IMG/VR virus record: IMGVR_UViG_3300025646_000012
Span: 1 to 64,000 of that record
Reading direction: 5' to 3' (one strand)
DNA length: 64,000 nucleotides
Source: a virus
Below are positions 6,187 to 14,920 of the stretch, one piece after another. The position numbers and the translations under genes were made by a program. Positions within the stretch are counted from its first letter, which is position 1, and each line of letters starts with the position of its first letter. Under the pieces are notes generated by a model, which did not search any database, had not been told where the DNA came from, and worked only from the letters and a program-made list of their open reading frames with translations.

Positions 6187-6890
6187 AAAAAATCGGACAT
6201 ACCTTCCAGTTTAATATTATTAGTTTCACCACAGCTAACACAATTAAAATCTACATTATGAATCAATCTAGGCATTTGTTCAATATAAGCACTTACTTTT
6301 TGGAATTGATCCTTTGTCATTGAATCAATAAATTCTTCAAGTTCTTTCACTGGAACATCTTTAGTACTAATACGTTCATCATTTGTATGAATAGCTGCAA
6401 TACACTTACCGATCATAGCAAAAGCATTTTGTGCCATAGATTTAGTATCTTTAATTCCAAGAGAAATAAGATCATCATAACTTGGCCATTTCATTTCCAA
6501 AGTAATTTCAGATGTTAATTCAATAGTGTTTGAAATCTTAGGTACATCAATTTTAATAGATGAAACATCAATAGCTATTTCATTACTAGTTTCACAATGT
6601 TTACACTTAATACCAACCTTTGATGTTTCACCAACAGATTTAGCTCTAATCTGAGTAAACATATACTCAACATCAAAGATTGTAAGTTTATCTTTTTCAA
6701 TATCGTTCTGGACACAAGCTGTAATTGTATCCACAACCGCATTTAGAATCGCGTTCATATCTTGCGATTCCATTGCCATCATTAAAACTTTTTCTTCTTT
6801 TACCAAATATGGACGATATTTTACCTTTTTATTCTGAGAAGGGATTACAATATCATACTTTGGTGTGTCATTCAACTTAGGTAAAGTCAT
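6183..6890 (-). CDS. gp26: baseplate hub assembly chaperone
   Basis: LPKL..PKY...YRPYLVKEEKVL, FDVEYMF.QIRAKSVGE, two CxxC, ends EGMSDFF. Confidence 0.9.
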   Translation of the reverse strand: MTLPKLNDTPKYDIVIPSQNKKVKYRPYLVKEEKVLMMAMESQDMNAILNAVVDTITACVQNDIEKDKLTIFDVEYMFTQIRAKSVGETSKVGIKCKHCETSNEIAIDVSSIKIDVPKISNTIELTSEITLEMKWPSYDDLISLGIKDTKSMAQNAFAMIGKCIAAIHTNDERISTKDVPVKELEEFIDSMTKDQFQKVSAYIEQMPRLIHNVDFNCVSCGETNNIKLEGMSDFF

Positions 6891-6899
6891 GGTTTATCC

Positions 6900-7607
6900 T
6901 CATAGTCTTGTTAATATAGTCCCGATAGATGATGTAGCAAAATCAGCTACGGGAGTTGCTTGTCTATTTCGTGTAGTATATTTAGTGTATGCAAAGCTAA
7001 CAGTAAATTCTAAAGGTTGGTCATTTAATGCATTACCTAATGTAATATCCGTAAAAGTTGTTGGAAATGCATTTTCAAGAGTAACTTCGTAAACAACTTG
7101 ATCATTTGTAATAAAATTAAGATCAAATTGACCACGAGCTAAATCAAATCCAAGAATTGTTGGTAAACGATTCTGAATCTCTGTTGGTAAAAGTGGCAAT
7201 CCAATTGGTGTTGAATATACAGGTAGTCCTATACCTTTTTTTAATTGTTCAATTTTAATTTGTGCTGTATATTCGTTTTTATACCCAGGTTCATATGTAT
7301 TTGGATCTACAATTAAACTAGCCCATTGTTCAAAATAATTACGAATACCATAATCATTTAACAATAAAAATGTCATACTAATATCACCGTAAAGATTACG
7401 ATATGCTACTTTTTCTATCTTACCGCCGATTTCTCTATCATATGTTGCAATCTGTTTTCCTGGCATAGTTACATTTGTACAAAGAAGATTTACTTCTTCT
7501 GACGTAACATTACCAATTGAAGGAAGTTGTACTCGAAAGACTGAGCCATTTGCAATGCCGCCTTTACGAGACATAAGTCCTTTCATCTGATCTATGCTAT
7601 ATGTCAT
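6900..7607 (-). CDS. gp54: baseplate tail-tube initiator (gp54/gp19 fold)
   Basis: LCTNVTMPGKQI, RNYFEQW, VTLENAFPT, FTVSFAY tube-protein motifs. Confidence 0.7.
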   Translation of the reverse strand: MTYSIDQMKGLMSRKGGIANGSVFRVQLPSIGNVTSEEVNLLCTNVTMPGKQIATYDREIGGKIEKVAYRNLYGDISMTFLLLNDYGIRNYFEQWASLIVDPNTYEPGYKNEYTAQIKIEQLKKGIGLPVYSTPIGLPLLPTEIQNRLPTILGFDLARGQFDLNFITNDQVVYEVTLENAFPTTFTDITLGNALNDQPLEFTVSFAYTKYTTRNRQATPVADFATSSIGTILTRL

Positions 7608-8194
7608 TGATTAATCTTTCTTCTTGAATCTGCCCAAACTTTTTGTTGACTTTCCTTCTGGAAATCTGCTGTCGGTAAGAATGTAGCAATTTCCCATTCG
7701 GGCGGTTCAACTCTAGCAAATCTACTTCTTACATGATCATTCAAATAATGTTTAATACAAGGTTTAAAGTATTTGTACTTAGAAGCTCTTTTCATTAAAT
7801 CATATGTAATATCAAATTTTGTAGTTTCATTATATCGTTTATTATTTGTTGCATCTAATAAAGCATCTAAAAACTTAGCACGTAATGTTGGTGGAAGATA
7901 ATGTAAATTTAATCCTAAGAATCCACCTTCCGCAGGACCTATTACAATAACCAAAGGAAAAGAATCATAAAAGGGTAGTTCTTTTTTACCTTTTGGATCA
8001 TAGAAAAACATAAACATTGAACCGATAATTGTTCTATTTCTGAGAACAATCGGATCTTCTTTCATTAAGGCATTTCGGTTTATATTACGAAGTTCGGCTG
8101 CTTTCTTACGGAACCACTCACGTGACTGATCAGTCCTAGGTGTGATACCATTACGAAACGCTTCTAATTCAAGTGTTTGAAATAAATTACTCAT
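7604..8194 (-). CDS. gp2: DNA end protector protein
   Basis: GSMFMFFYDPK.K..LPFYD.FPLV, GLNLHYL, PCIKHYL. Confidence 0.93.
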   Translation of the reverse strand: MSNLFQTLELEAFRNGITPRTDQSREWFRKKAAELRNINRNALMKEDPIVLRNRTIIGSMFMFFYDPKGKKELPFYDSFPLVIVIGPAEGGFLGLNLHYLPPTLRAKFLDALLDATNNKRYNETTKFDITYDLMKRASKYKYFKPCIKHYLNDHVRSRFARVEPPEWEIATFLPTADFQKESQQKVWADSRRKINQ

Positions 8195-8199
8195 ATGAT

Positions 8200-8207
8200 T
8201 ATTTATA
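8200..8207 (-). promoter_or_regulatory. T4 late promoter for gp2
   Basis: Exact TATAAATA between gp4 and gp2. Confidence 0.7.
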
Positions 8208-8209
8208 TG

Positions 8210-8698
8210 TTATTTCTTGGTCTTTTTAAATGGCTTTAATGGTTTCAAAGGTTTTAAAGCCTTCGGTAGTATTCCCATGTTTTGGAGAGTTCGTTCGGTC
8301 CAGATTTCAAATATCCAGCCGTTATCTTTTGCAAACTCAGTAGCTGCTTTCCACTTATTTTGATTTTTAACATATGTTAAAGCTTCTGTCAAATATCTTT
8401 TAGATTTATCTGGCCGTTTTGGTAATTGAACTTCTTTTTCTGGTTTGATTTCCACCAGAATTGTTTTACCGTTTGTAAATGTAATTTTTAAATCTACAAA
8501 ATAACGATGATATCTTTTATCAACATCATAAAAATATGGTATAATTATTTCTTCTGATGACCATTCTTTTATTTCTGAATTATCATCACACCAAGCAAAA
8601 CAATTTCTTTCCCACATTGATCGAAAAACTACATTGCTTGAGTCACCTTTATATTTTAAAGGATTTTTAACTTTATATTTACCGGAGTATGTCTTCAT
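8210..8698 (-). CDS. gp4: head completion nuclease
   Basis: YSGKY...NP.KYKGD, RSMWE, WSSEE, HRYFVD, EIKP, NQNKW.AA. Confidence 0.93.
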   Translation of the reverse strand: MKTYSGKYKVKNPLKYKGDSSNVVFRSMWERNCFAWCDDNSEIKEWSSEEIIIPYFYDVDKRYHRYFVDLKITFTNGKTILVEIKPEKEVQLPKRPDKSKRYLTEALTYVKNQNKWKAATEFAKDNGWIFEIWTERTLQNMGILPKALKPLKPLKPFKKTKK

Positions 8699-8705
8699 TT
8701 TTTTA

Positions 8706-8737
8706 TATAAATAATCCCAAATGCACTTATATTTATA
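8706..8737. promoter_or_regulatory. overlapping divergent late promoters (TATAAATA on + at 8706-8713, on - at 8730-8737)
   Basis: Exact T4 late consensus on each strand between gp4 and gp48. Confidence 0.8.
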
Positions 8738-8745
8738 GGATAAAA

Positions 8746-9789
8746 ATGGTTTACAGGAGAAGAGAACTAGCGCCTGGTACTAAGAGATTTCCCCTTGAAA
8801 GACAGGAAGATTACAAGGGTACAATTACATTTAGACCTATAAAGTATACTCCGCCCGAAATAGCTGGTACTGCTTTTGCTTCACTGCGAAGACGAGCAGG
8901 GGAAGGTCTTATTACACAGCTTTTAAATATAGATGAAAGTGTTGTATTTGGTGCTGCAGCAGAAGGATTTCGAGCTGGTTATACCGGTATAGAGGATGTT
9001 GCTGCATCATTTGAAGAAGAAGCATCTGTAACGTTAGATCCAGTCCCAAATGACACAGAAACAATTGTTGATCCTTCACAATCTACGGTTTTAAGAGACC
9101 GTGGAGTAATACTTTATTTACCGACAAATATTGCTATTAATGACGCCGTTAATTATGAAGAATTTGATCTTGGTGCCATAGGAGGAATTGGTCTTGCAGG
9201 AGTACAAGCAGGGCAAGGAGCTTTAAGTGCTCTTGCAAGAGGAACTGGTCAAGCAACTGGTAGTTTAGCTGCTCTTTTATCAGGTAATGTTGCTGATCAA
9301 CGCGGAGCAAGACTTGCTGCATCCAGATTAGCAGAACAAGGCAATGCTACGGTTAGTGGTGTTGTTAGAGCAGGTACTGCAACCACAGTTAACCCTAATA
9401 CAATTAACTTATTTAAAAGTGTTAGATTAAGGGAATTTACTTTTACTTTTAGATTAATTGCAAATTCAGCAAGAGAAGCTCAGGAAATTGAAGATATTAT
9501 AAAATTCTTTAGAACTACAATGTATCCTGATACAATTAATTTTGATCCTGCGGGATTAAATGTTCCTATCGGTTATGAATTTCCAGATAAATTTGAAATT
9601 ACAATGAGATATAATAATGAACCCGTAGCTGTTAAAATTCTTCCTTCCGTTCTTAGAACAATACAAACATCATTAAATGCTACATCTGGAATATGGTACA
9701 GAGATGGTAAACCTGCTGAGGTAGAAATTCAACTTAGCTTTGGTGAAGAAAGAACTCTTAACCGCAACGACATTATTGAAGGTTACTAA
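8746..9789 (+). CDS. gp48: baseplate tail-tube cap
   Basis: LYLP, VNPN...LF..V.LREFTFTF, EA..I..IIKFFR..MYP; start moved to ATG 8746 (AGGA RBS, downstream of late promoter). Confidence 0.8.
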   Translation: MVYRRRELAPGTKRFPLERQEDYKGTITFRPIKYTPPEIAGTAFASLRRRAGEGLITQLLNIDESVVFGAAAEGFRAGYTGIEDVAASFEEEASVTLDPVPNDTETIVDPSQSTVLRDRGVILYLPTNIAINDAVNYEEFDLGAIGGIGLAGVQAGQGALSALARGTGQATGSLAALLSGNVADQRGARLAASRLAEQGNATVSGVVRAGTATTVNPNTINLFKSVRLREFTFTFRLIANSAREAQEIEDIIKFFRTTMYPDTINFDPAGLNVPIGYEFPDKFEITMRYNNEPVAVKILPSVLRTIQTSLNATSGIWYRDGKPAEVEIQLSFGEERTLNRNDIIEGY

Positions 9790-9791
9790 TA

Positions 9792-10529
9792 ATGTTTTTT
9801 ACAAACTATCCAAGAACATTATATCAATTTGGGACAGAACAATCTGCTACTGCAATCCAAAATATTTCAGTTTATGTTGATATTATTGATCAAATAAAAG
9901 ATAATATTAATTTTTATGAAACAACTGAAATTCAAGATGGTGAAAGACCTGATACATTATCACAGGAACTATATGGCACCGTAAGATATTATTGGACTTT
10001 TTATTTACTTAATGATAATATTCGTGAAAGAGGTTGGCCTTTAACTGTTCAAGAAATTAGAGCAAGAGCAATTGAAGATTATCCTAATGTTGTATTAACA
10101 ACCAGAGATGGTAATACTCTTATTGAACATTTCCAAGTTGGTGATACAATCATAGGTCAAACCTCTGGTGCAACTGGTGTGATACTAAAACGCAATTTAG
10201 ATCTAGGTCAGATATTTATAAAACCAATAAATGGTCTAACTTTTATAAGTACTGAAGTTATTAGAGATAACAGTGATCCTGAGTTCCCTCAATCAGTCCA
10301 ACTTGTTTCTGCTGTAAATGAGTATAATGCAATACATCATTATGAGGATGGTAACGGTGTATGGACAGATATAGATCCATTTTCAGCACCAAGTGTTTTA
10401 TTAACTCCTGTAACTTATCTTGACCGTTATCAATCTGCAAATGATGAATTAAGAAAAATAAAAGTTATAAAAAGATCCGCAATTAATCAAATTGCAAAAG
10501 CTTATCAGGAAGCATTGAGAACAGCATAA
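9792..10529 (+). CDS. gp53: baseplate wedge subunit
   Basis: MFF..YP, IQDGERPD.LS.ELYG...YYW...LLN, WP. Confidence 0.88.
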   Translation: MFFTNYPRTLYQFGTEQSATAIQNISVYVDIIDQIKDNINFYETTEIQDGERPDTLSQELYGTVRYYWTFYLLNDNIRERGWPLTVQEIRARAIEDYPNVVLTTRDGNTLIEHFQVGDTIIGQTSGATGVILKRNLDLGQIFIKPINGLTFISTEVIRDNSDPEFPQSVQLVSAVNEYNAIHHYEDGNGVWTDIDPFSAPSVLLTPVTYLDRYQSANDELRKIKVIKRSAINQIAKAYQEALRTA

Positions 10530-11173
10530 TGAATAAAGATATTAATAAAAATATTCTTGAAGAAGTGCATAAAATTGCATTATACTCTACTGCAGAATAT
10601 GTAGTAGAACATATGCATAATATTCTGCCAGAAAAAAATTGGAAAGATGTACATACAAAAGCAATTAAACAAATTTTAAATGATGGATTAATTTTAGAAT
10701 TTGGAGTTTACTCTGGAGAAACTATTAATCACATTGCAAGACATTTACAATCAAGAAAAGTTCATGGTTTTGATTCATTTGAAGGTTTACCTGAAGCATG
10801 GATGCCAGGATACGATAAAGGTAGATTTAAAAGAAATGATATTCCTGAAGTATCAGGAAATGTAAAATTACATATCGGTTGGTTTAAAGATAGTATTCCT
10901 AAATTTTTAAAAGATTATAATGAAAAAATTGCATATCTTCATGTAGACTGTGATTTGTATAGCTCAACCAAAACAATTTTTGATTTATTAGGACATTTAA
11001 TTAAAAAAGGTACTATTATTGTATTTGATGAATACTTTAATTATCCTGGATGGAAAAATGGTGAGTATAAAGCTTTTCAAGAGTTTGTAAATAGTAATAA
11101 TATTACTTATGAATATTTAACATATAATTGTGTATCAGAACAAGTTGCTGTAAAAATAGTGGAAACTAATTAA
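10529..11173 (+). CDS. class I SAM-dependent O-methyltransferase (TylF/MycF-like)
   Basis: LEFGVYSG, GFDSFEGLP, GWF.DSIP, LHVDCDLY.ST, VFDEY. Confidence 0.85.
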   Translation: MNKDINKNILEEVHKIALYSTAEYVVEHMHNILPEKNWKDVHTKAIKQILNDGLILEFGVYSGETINHIARHLQSRKVHGFDSFEGLPEAWMPGYDKGRFKRNDIPEVSGNVKLHIGWFKDSIPKFLKDYNEKIAYLHVDCDLYSSTKTIFDLLGHLIKKGTIIVFDEYFNYPGWKNGEYKAFQEFVNSNNITYEYLTYNCVSEQVAVKIVETN

Positions 11174-12531
11174 TGGTTGGTACACCACAAAATAGAGCGG
11201 AAACACCGTTTGATTATGAACTGGAAAGAGCTATAATAACCTCACCTCAGTTTAATGATGGTGCTACTCTTGATATTAAAAATGTAATTACAGATATTGA
11301 AATTTTCGAGCATTTAGATAAGCCTTATCTAACTGGTAATATTATTCTTGTCGACGATAATAATATTTACAATAACGTTAATTTTTCTGGTTCCGAAAAA
11401 ATATCATTAAGATTTAGATTACCTGATGCTGATGCAATACCTATTGATAAAGATTTTATTATTGAAAAAACTATAAAAAATGCAAGAGGCAACGATAAAC
11501 AGTCTGCAATTCTTTTTCACATTGTTGAACAACACGCATTTGATTCTACAATTATAAATGTAAATAAAGCTTATACTGGTAAACCTGTAGAGATTATCCA
11601 AAAAATTATTACTGATAATCTAGGTAAGGAATTTTCAACACCAATTATTTTAGATGCTCAAGAACCAATGAAGGTTTTAATACCAAACCTTACTCCATTA
11701 CAAGCAGCAACTTGGATTCGTGATAGAGCAACAACAATTGACGGTGTTCCTTTTTATTTTTTTGCTACATTAGCAAATGATAAGCTTCATATAATTCCGT
11801 TAGATGATATGCTTGCTACTGCACCTGATTCTAGACCGTATGTTTACTCACAAATATCAGCATCATTATTAGTATCAAGATCTATAGATGAACAAGCCTA
11901 TTTAATACAGGAATTTAGTACTAGATCAAATGATAATATTATATCACTTGTAAAAATGGGTTATGTAGGCTCACAGAATTATTTTTATAATTCAATTACC
12001 GGAAATTTTGTAGATAATAGAGGTACATTTTTTAATCTATCAGAAGTTTTAAATACCTTAAAAAATAAAGATATAATTCGTAATAATCAAAATCAATTCG
12101 GTTATGCAAGTAATTATAAATTAAATAATGTTTCATTTACACAATTAAAATCTGTGGTTCGTACTGATATTACACCTACAAATACATATAATAATATTAA
12201 TAATTATAATCAAGCCCCAGATGCAAACAAACATAAATTAAAAATTGTTTCTGAGGCGTTAAGAGAATTAATAGTAAGAAATTCAATTGATATTGCATTA
12301 CCAGGACGCAATTTTCTAAATGGCAGATATAGTAATACAATTGGTAATCAAATTAGATTAAGATTTCTTTCAACATCGACTGCATCTAGACCTGGTACTG
12401 AACAAATAGATACTAAAAAATCTGGTGATTATTTAATGTATGCAGTAAAGCATCATTTTAAAAAAGAAAGATATGATGTGATTGCAAGTTGTGTTAAGCT
12501 TGCAGATCTAAATGAGGAGCCACCTGAATGA
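11173..12531 (+). CDS. baseplate hub protein (gp27-like)
   Basis: IEIFE.L.KPYLTG, FYFFAT, SGDYL...V.H.F; located between gp53 and gp5. Confidence 0.65.
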   Translation: MVGTPQNRAETPFDYELERAIITSPQFNDGATLDIKNVITDIEIFEHLDKPYLTGNIILVDDNNIYNNVNFSGSEKISLRFRLPDADAIPIDKDFIIEKTIKNARGNDKQSAILFHIVEQHAFDSTIINVNKAYTGKPVEIIQKIITDNLGKEFSTPIILDAQEPMKVLIPNLTPLQAATWIRDRATTIDGVPFYFFATLANDKLHIIPLDDMLATAPDSRPYVYSQISASLLVSRSIDEQAYLIQEFSTRSNDNIISLVKMGYVGSQNYFYNSITGNFVDNRGTFFNLSEVLNTLKNKDIIRNNQNQFGYASNYKLNNVSFTQLKSVVRTDITPTNTYNNINNYNQAPDANKHKLKIVSEALRELIVRNSIDIALPGRNFLNGRYSNTIGNQIRLRFLSTSTASRPGTEQIDTKKSGDYLMYAVKHHFKKERYDVIASCVKLADLNEEPPE

Positions 12532-13370
12532 GTTTCTATGGTGATAATATTAATAGATTCTTTTTTGGTATTGTTGTTAATAATAATGATGCTGATTTAA
12601 ATCTTGGTAGAGTTCAAATTAGAATCCCTGGTTTACACAGCTCAGAAATTCGTAATTATGACCTACCTTGGGCACAAGTTATGTTACCAACAACTGAGCC
12701 AGGTGTAGGTGGTGTTGGAGCAAACCCTATGATTGCAAATGGTGCTCAAGTATTTGGTGTGTTTTTGGATGGAAAAGATTCACAGATTCCTTTGGTACTC
12801 GGCACAGTACCTAAAATTGATAGACCATCAGTACAACAAAGATCTACATTTATCGGTGATACAATACCACCTGCATATACTACAACTAGTCAAGATAACG
12901 GACCAAGAAATGGATCAAGGATTATACCTCCTGAATCATTAGAAGGTTCAACTAATGCAGAAAAAGTATATAGATTTTTTGTAAATAATGGATTTAATCC
13001 AGAACAAGCTGCAGGTTGGGTTGGTAACTTTGCTGTAGAATCTACGGTCAATATTGACCCAACCGCTTATAATCCAAACGATGTTGGTGCTGAAGCCTTC
13101 GGTATTGCCCAGTGGCGAAAGGAAAGATATGATGCACTAAGAGCTTGGGCAGGAGAAACTGCACAAGATTATAGGACATTGGAAACTCAGCTTGGATTTG
13201 TACTATATGAATTAGAAGGTAGTGAAAGAACTGCTGCAACAAATATTCGTTCAACACGTACTGTTGAAGATGCAGCAAGAACAATTGATTTATTATATGA
13301 AAGAAGTGATGGAACAAAAAGAGAAGTAAGAGTCACATATGCCCGTGATGCATTAGCGAGGTTCAGATAA
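12528..13370 (+). CDS. gp5: gp5 N-terminal OB fold fused to a phage tail lysozyme domain
   Basis: FFGIV....D...LGRVQIRI.G.H...LPWA, VFG.FLDG...Q.P.VLG; then AAG..GNF..ES and FGIAQW...R. Confidence 0.85.
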   Translation: MSFYGDNINRFFFGIVVNNNDADLNLGRVQIRIPGLHSSEIRNYDLPWAQVMLPTTEPGVGGVGANPMIANGAQVFGVFLDGKDSQIPLVLGTVPKIDRPSVQQRSTFIGDTIPPAYTTTSQDNGPRNGSRIIPPESLEGSTNAEKVYRFFVNNGFNPEQAAGWVGNFAVESTVNIDPTAYNPNDVGAEAFGIAQWRKERYDALRAWAGETAQDYRTLETQLGFVLYELEGSERTAATNIRSTRTVEDAARTIDLLYERSDGTKREVRVTYARDALARFR

Positions 13371-14920
13371 TGGTTACGGTTCCGCAAATTAATATAACTA
13401 ATTTAAATCAATCTTTATCTTCTTTATTAAATAGAGTTAATTTTGATGTAATTCAAACTGCTGCTGCAAATACAGCAACACAACTTCAAGCTGCAACAAC
13501 TACTACCTTAGGAGTCAACGTAAATGATGTGGTAGGAGGTTGGCAAGGCCTAACTGCTGAAGTTGATGTTGTTGATATTACTTCTGTTTCTAATCGTGGT
13601 ATTGCATTATTACAAGAAAATCCACCAGGTGTAAATTTAGTAAGTACTTTTGATGGAGGTGCTAAAACTGCACTTCAATCCATTACTGGTCTAAATTCCG
13701 AAATTACGGAAGGATTAAATGTAATAGTTGCAGCACTTCCTACAGCTGAGGGTGTTGGTGCCGCATTAGAAAATCTTTCAACCTTAAATATAGATCAACT
13801 TGCACCAGCAATGCAATCAATTGCACCACAAGAATTACAGTCACTTGCTGCTACATCTGCTATTAGCCAATTAACTAATTCTGGTATTTTTAATAATTTT
13901 TCAAGTACAGTTACTGCGGTTACTTCTAGTTTCCAAAATTATTTAAATCAAGGATTTGGCCAAACTATAAAAGATTTAATTGAAGCTGATACTCAACCAG
14001 TTAGATTTGCAATTACTCAGTTAACTCAAGATACAGGTATTCGTGTACCAGAATCTATTAAACGACAAGTAACTTTACTTTTAGATCAAAAAGACTTTCT
14101 TGGAGCAGCTCAACTTTTAGAGCCGTTTTCAAATCTTGATATTATTTCTTTAGAAACTGAATTATCTCAAGTAAATACAACTGCAAGTAGTTTAATTAAT
14201 CAATTTAATCCAGCAACAAGCGCATTTGGTACTTCAACAGCACCAGTTTTTTCTTTAGGAAGTTTAGAAAATACTTGGAATGATACGGATACATCTGTTC
14301 GAAGACCGGGATCAAGTAGTAGTAATTCATATGCATTTACTATTATAGGTAGTATGGAAGAATTGGAAGCTGAGTTAAGAACAGCAACAAGAGAAATTAC
14401 AGAAACAGTTATTCATTGGACAGCTAACTATATTGATCAAGCTCACATTGGTGCTGAAGATGTACATGCTTGGCATTTAGAACGTGGATTTAGTGGTTGT
14501 GGTTATCATTATATTATTAAACGTGATGGTAGTATTCAACGTGGTAGACCAATTAATCTTGAAGGAGCTCATGCTGCTGACTTAGGTCACAATAATTATA
14601 GTATTGGTATTTCACATGTGGCCGGTTACAATTGTACTTCCGGAACACCAAATCCAGATAGATATATTTCAGCTGAATCAATTAATGATGCACAATGGAG
14701 ATCGCAGCGTGATTTCCTTGAAGTATTCTATAGAGTATTTCCAGGCGGACAAGTACTCGGTCATAATCAAATTGCACAGAGTGGTAAAGTTGATCCGGGT
14801 TTTGATGTTGACGCATATATCCTAAATACATTTGGTAAAAGAAATGTATACGCATATAATAGAGACCTACCACCATTGAGTAGAGCCGAACTTATTGCGG
14901 CACGAGGAGTAGTTGTATGA
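13370..14920 (+). CDS. virion-associated N-acetylmuramoyl-L-alanine amidase (T7 lysozyme-like C-terminal domain)
   Basis: VIHWTA, WH..RGF..CGYHYII.RDG.I..GRP....GAH, SIGI, LGHN, K.DPGFDV. Confidence 0.85.
   Translation: MVTVPQINITNLNQSLSSLLNRVNFDVIQTAAANTATQLQAATTTTLGVNVNDVVGGWQGLTAEVDVVDITSVSNRGIALLQENPPGVNLVSTFDGGAKTALQSITGLNSEITEGLNVIVAALPTAEGVGAALENLSTLNIDQLAPAMQSIAPQELQSLAATSAISQLTNSGIFNNFSSTVTAVTSSFQNYLNQGFGQTIKDLIEADTQPVRFAITQLTQDTGIRVPESIKRQVTLLLDQKDFLGAAQLLEPFSNLDIISLETELSQVNTTASSLINQFNPATSAFGTSTAPVFSLGSLENTWNDTDTSVRRPGSSSSNSYAFTIIGSMEELEAELRTATREITETVIHWTANYIDQAHIGAEDVHAWHLERGFSGCGYHYIIKRDGSIQRGRPINLEGAHAADLGHNNYSIGISHVAGYNCTSGTPNPDRYISAESINDAQWRSQRDFLEVFYRVFPGGQVLGHNQIAQSGKVDPGFDVDAYILNTFGKRNVYAYNRDLPPLSRAELIAARGVVV

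Noticed and set aside
8689-8745. N-terminal extension of gp48 given in the ORF track
   Set aside because: It overlaps gp4 and the late promoters; ATG 8746 has an AGGA RBS.
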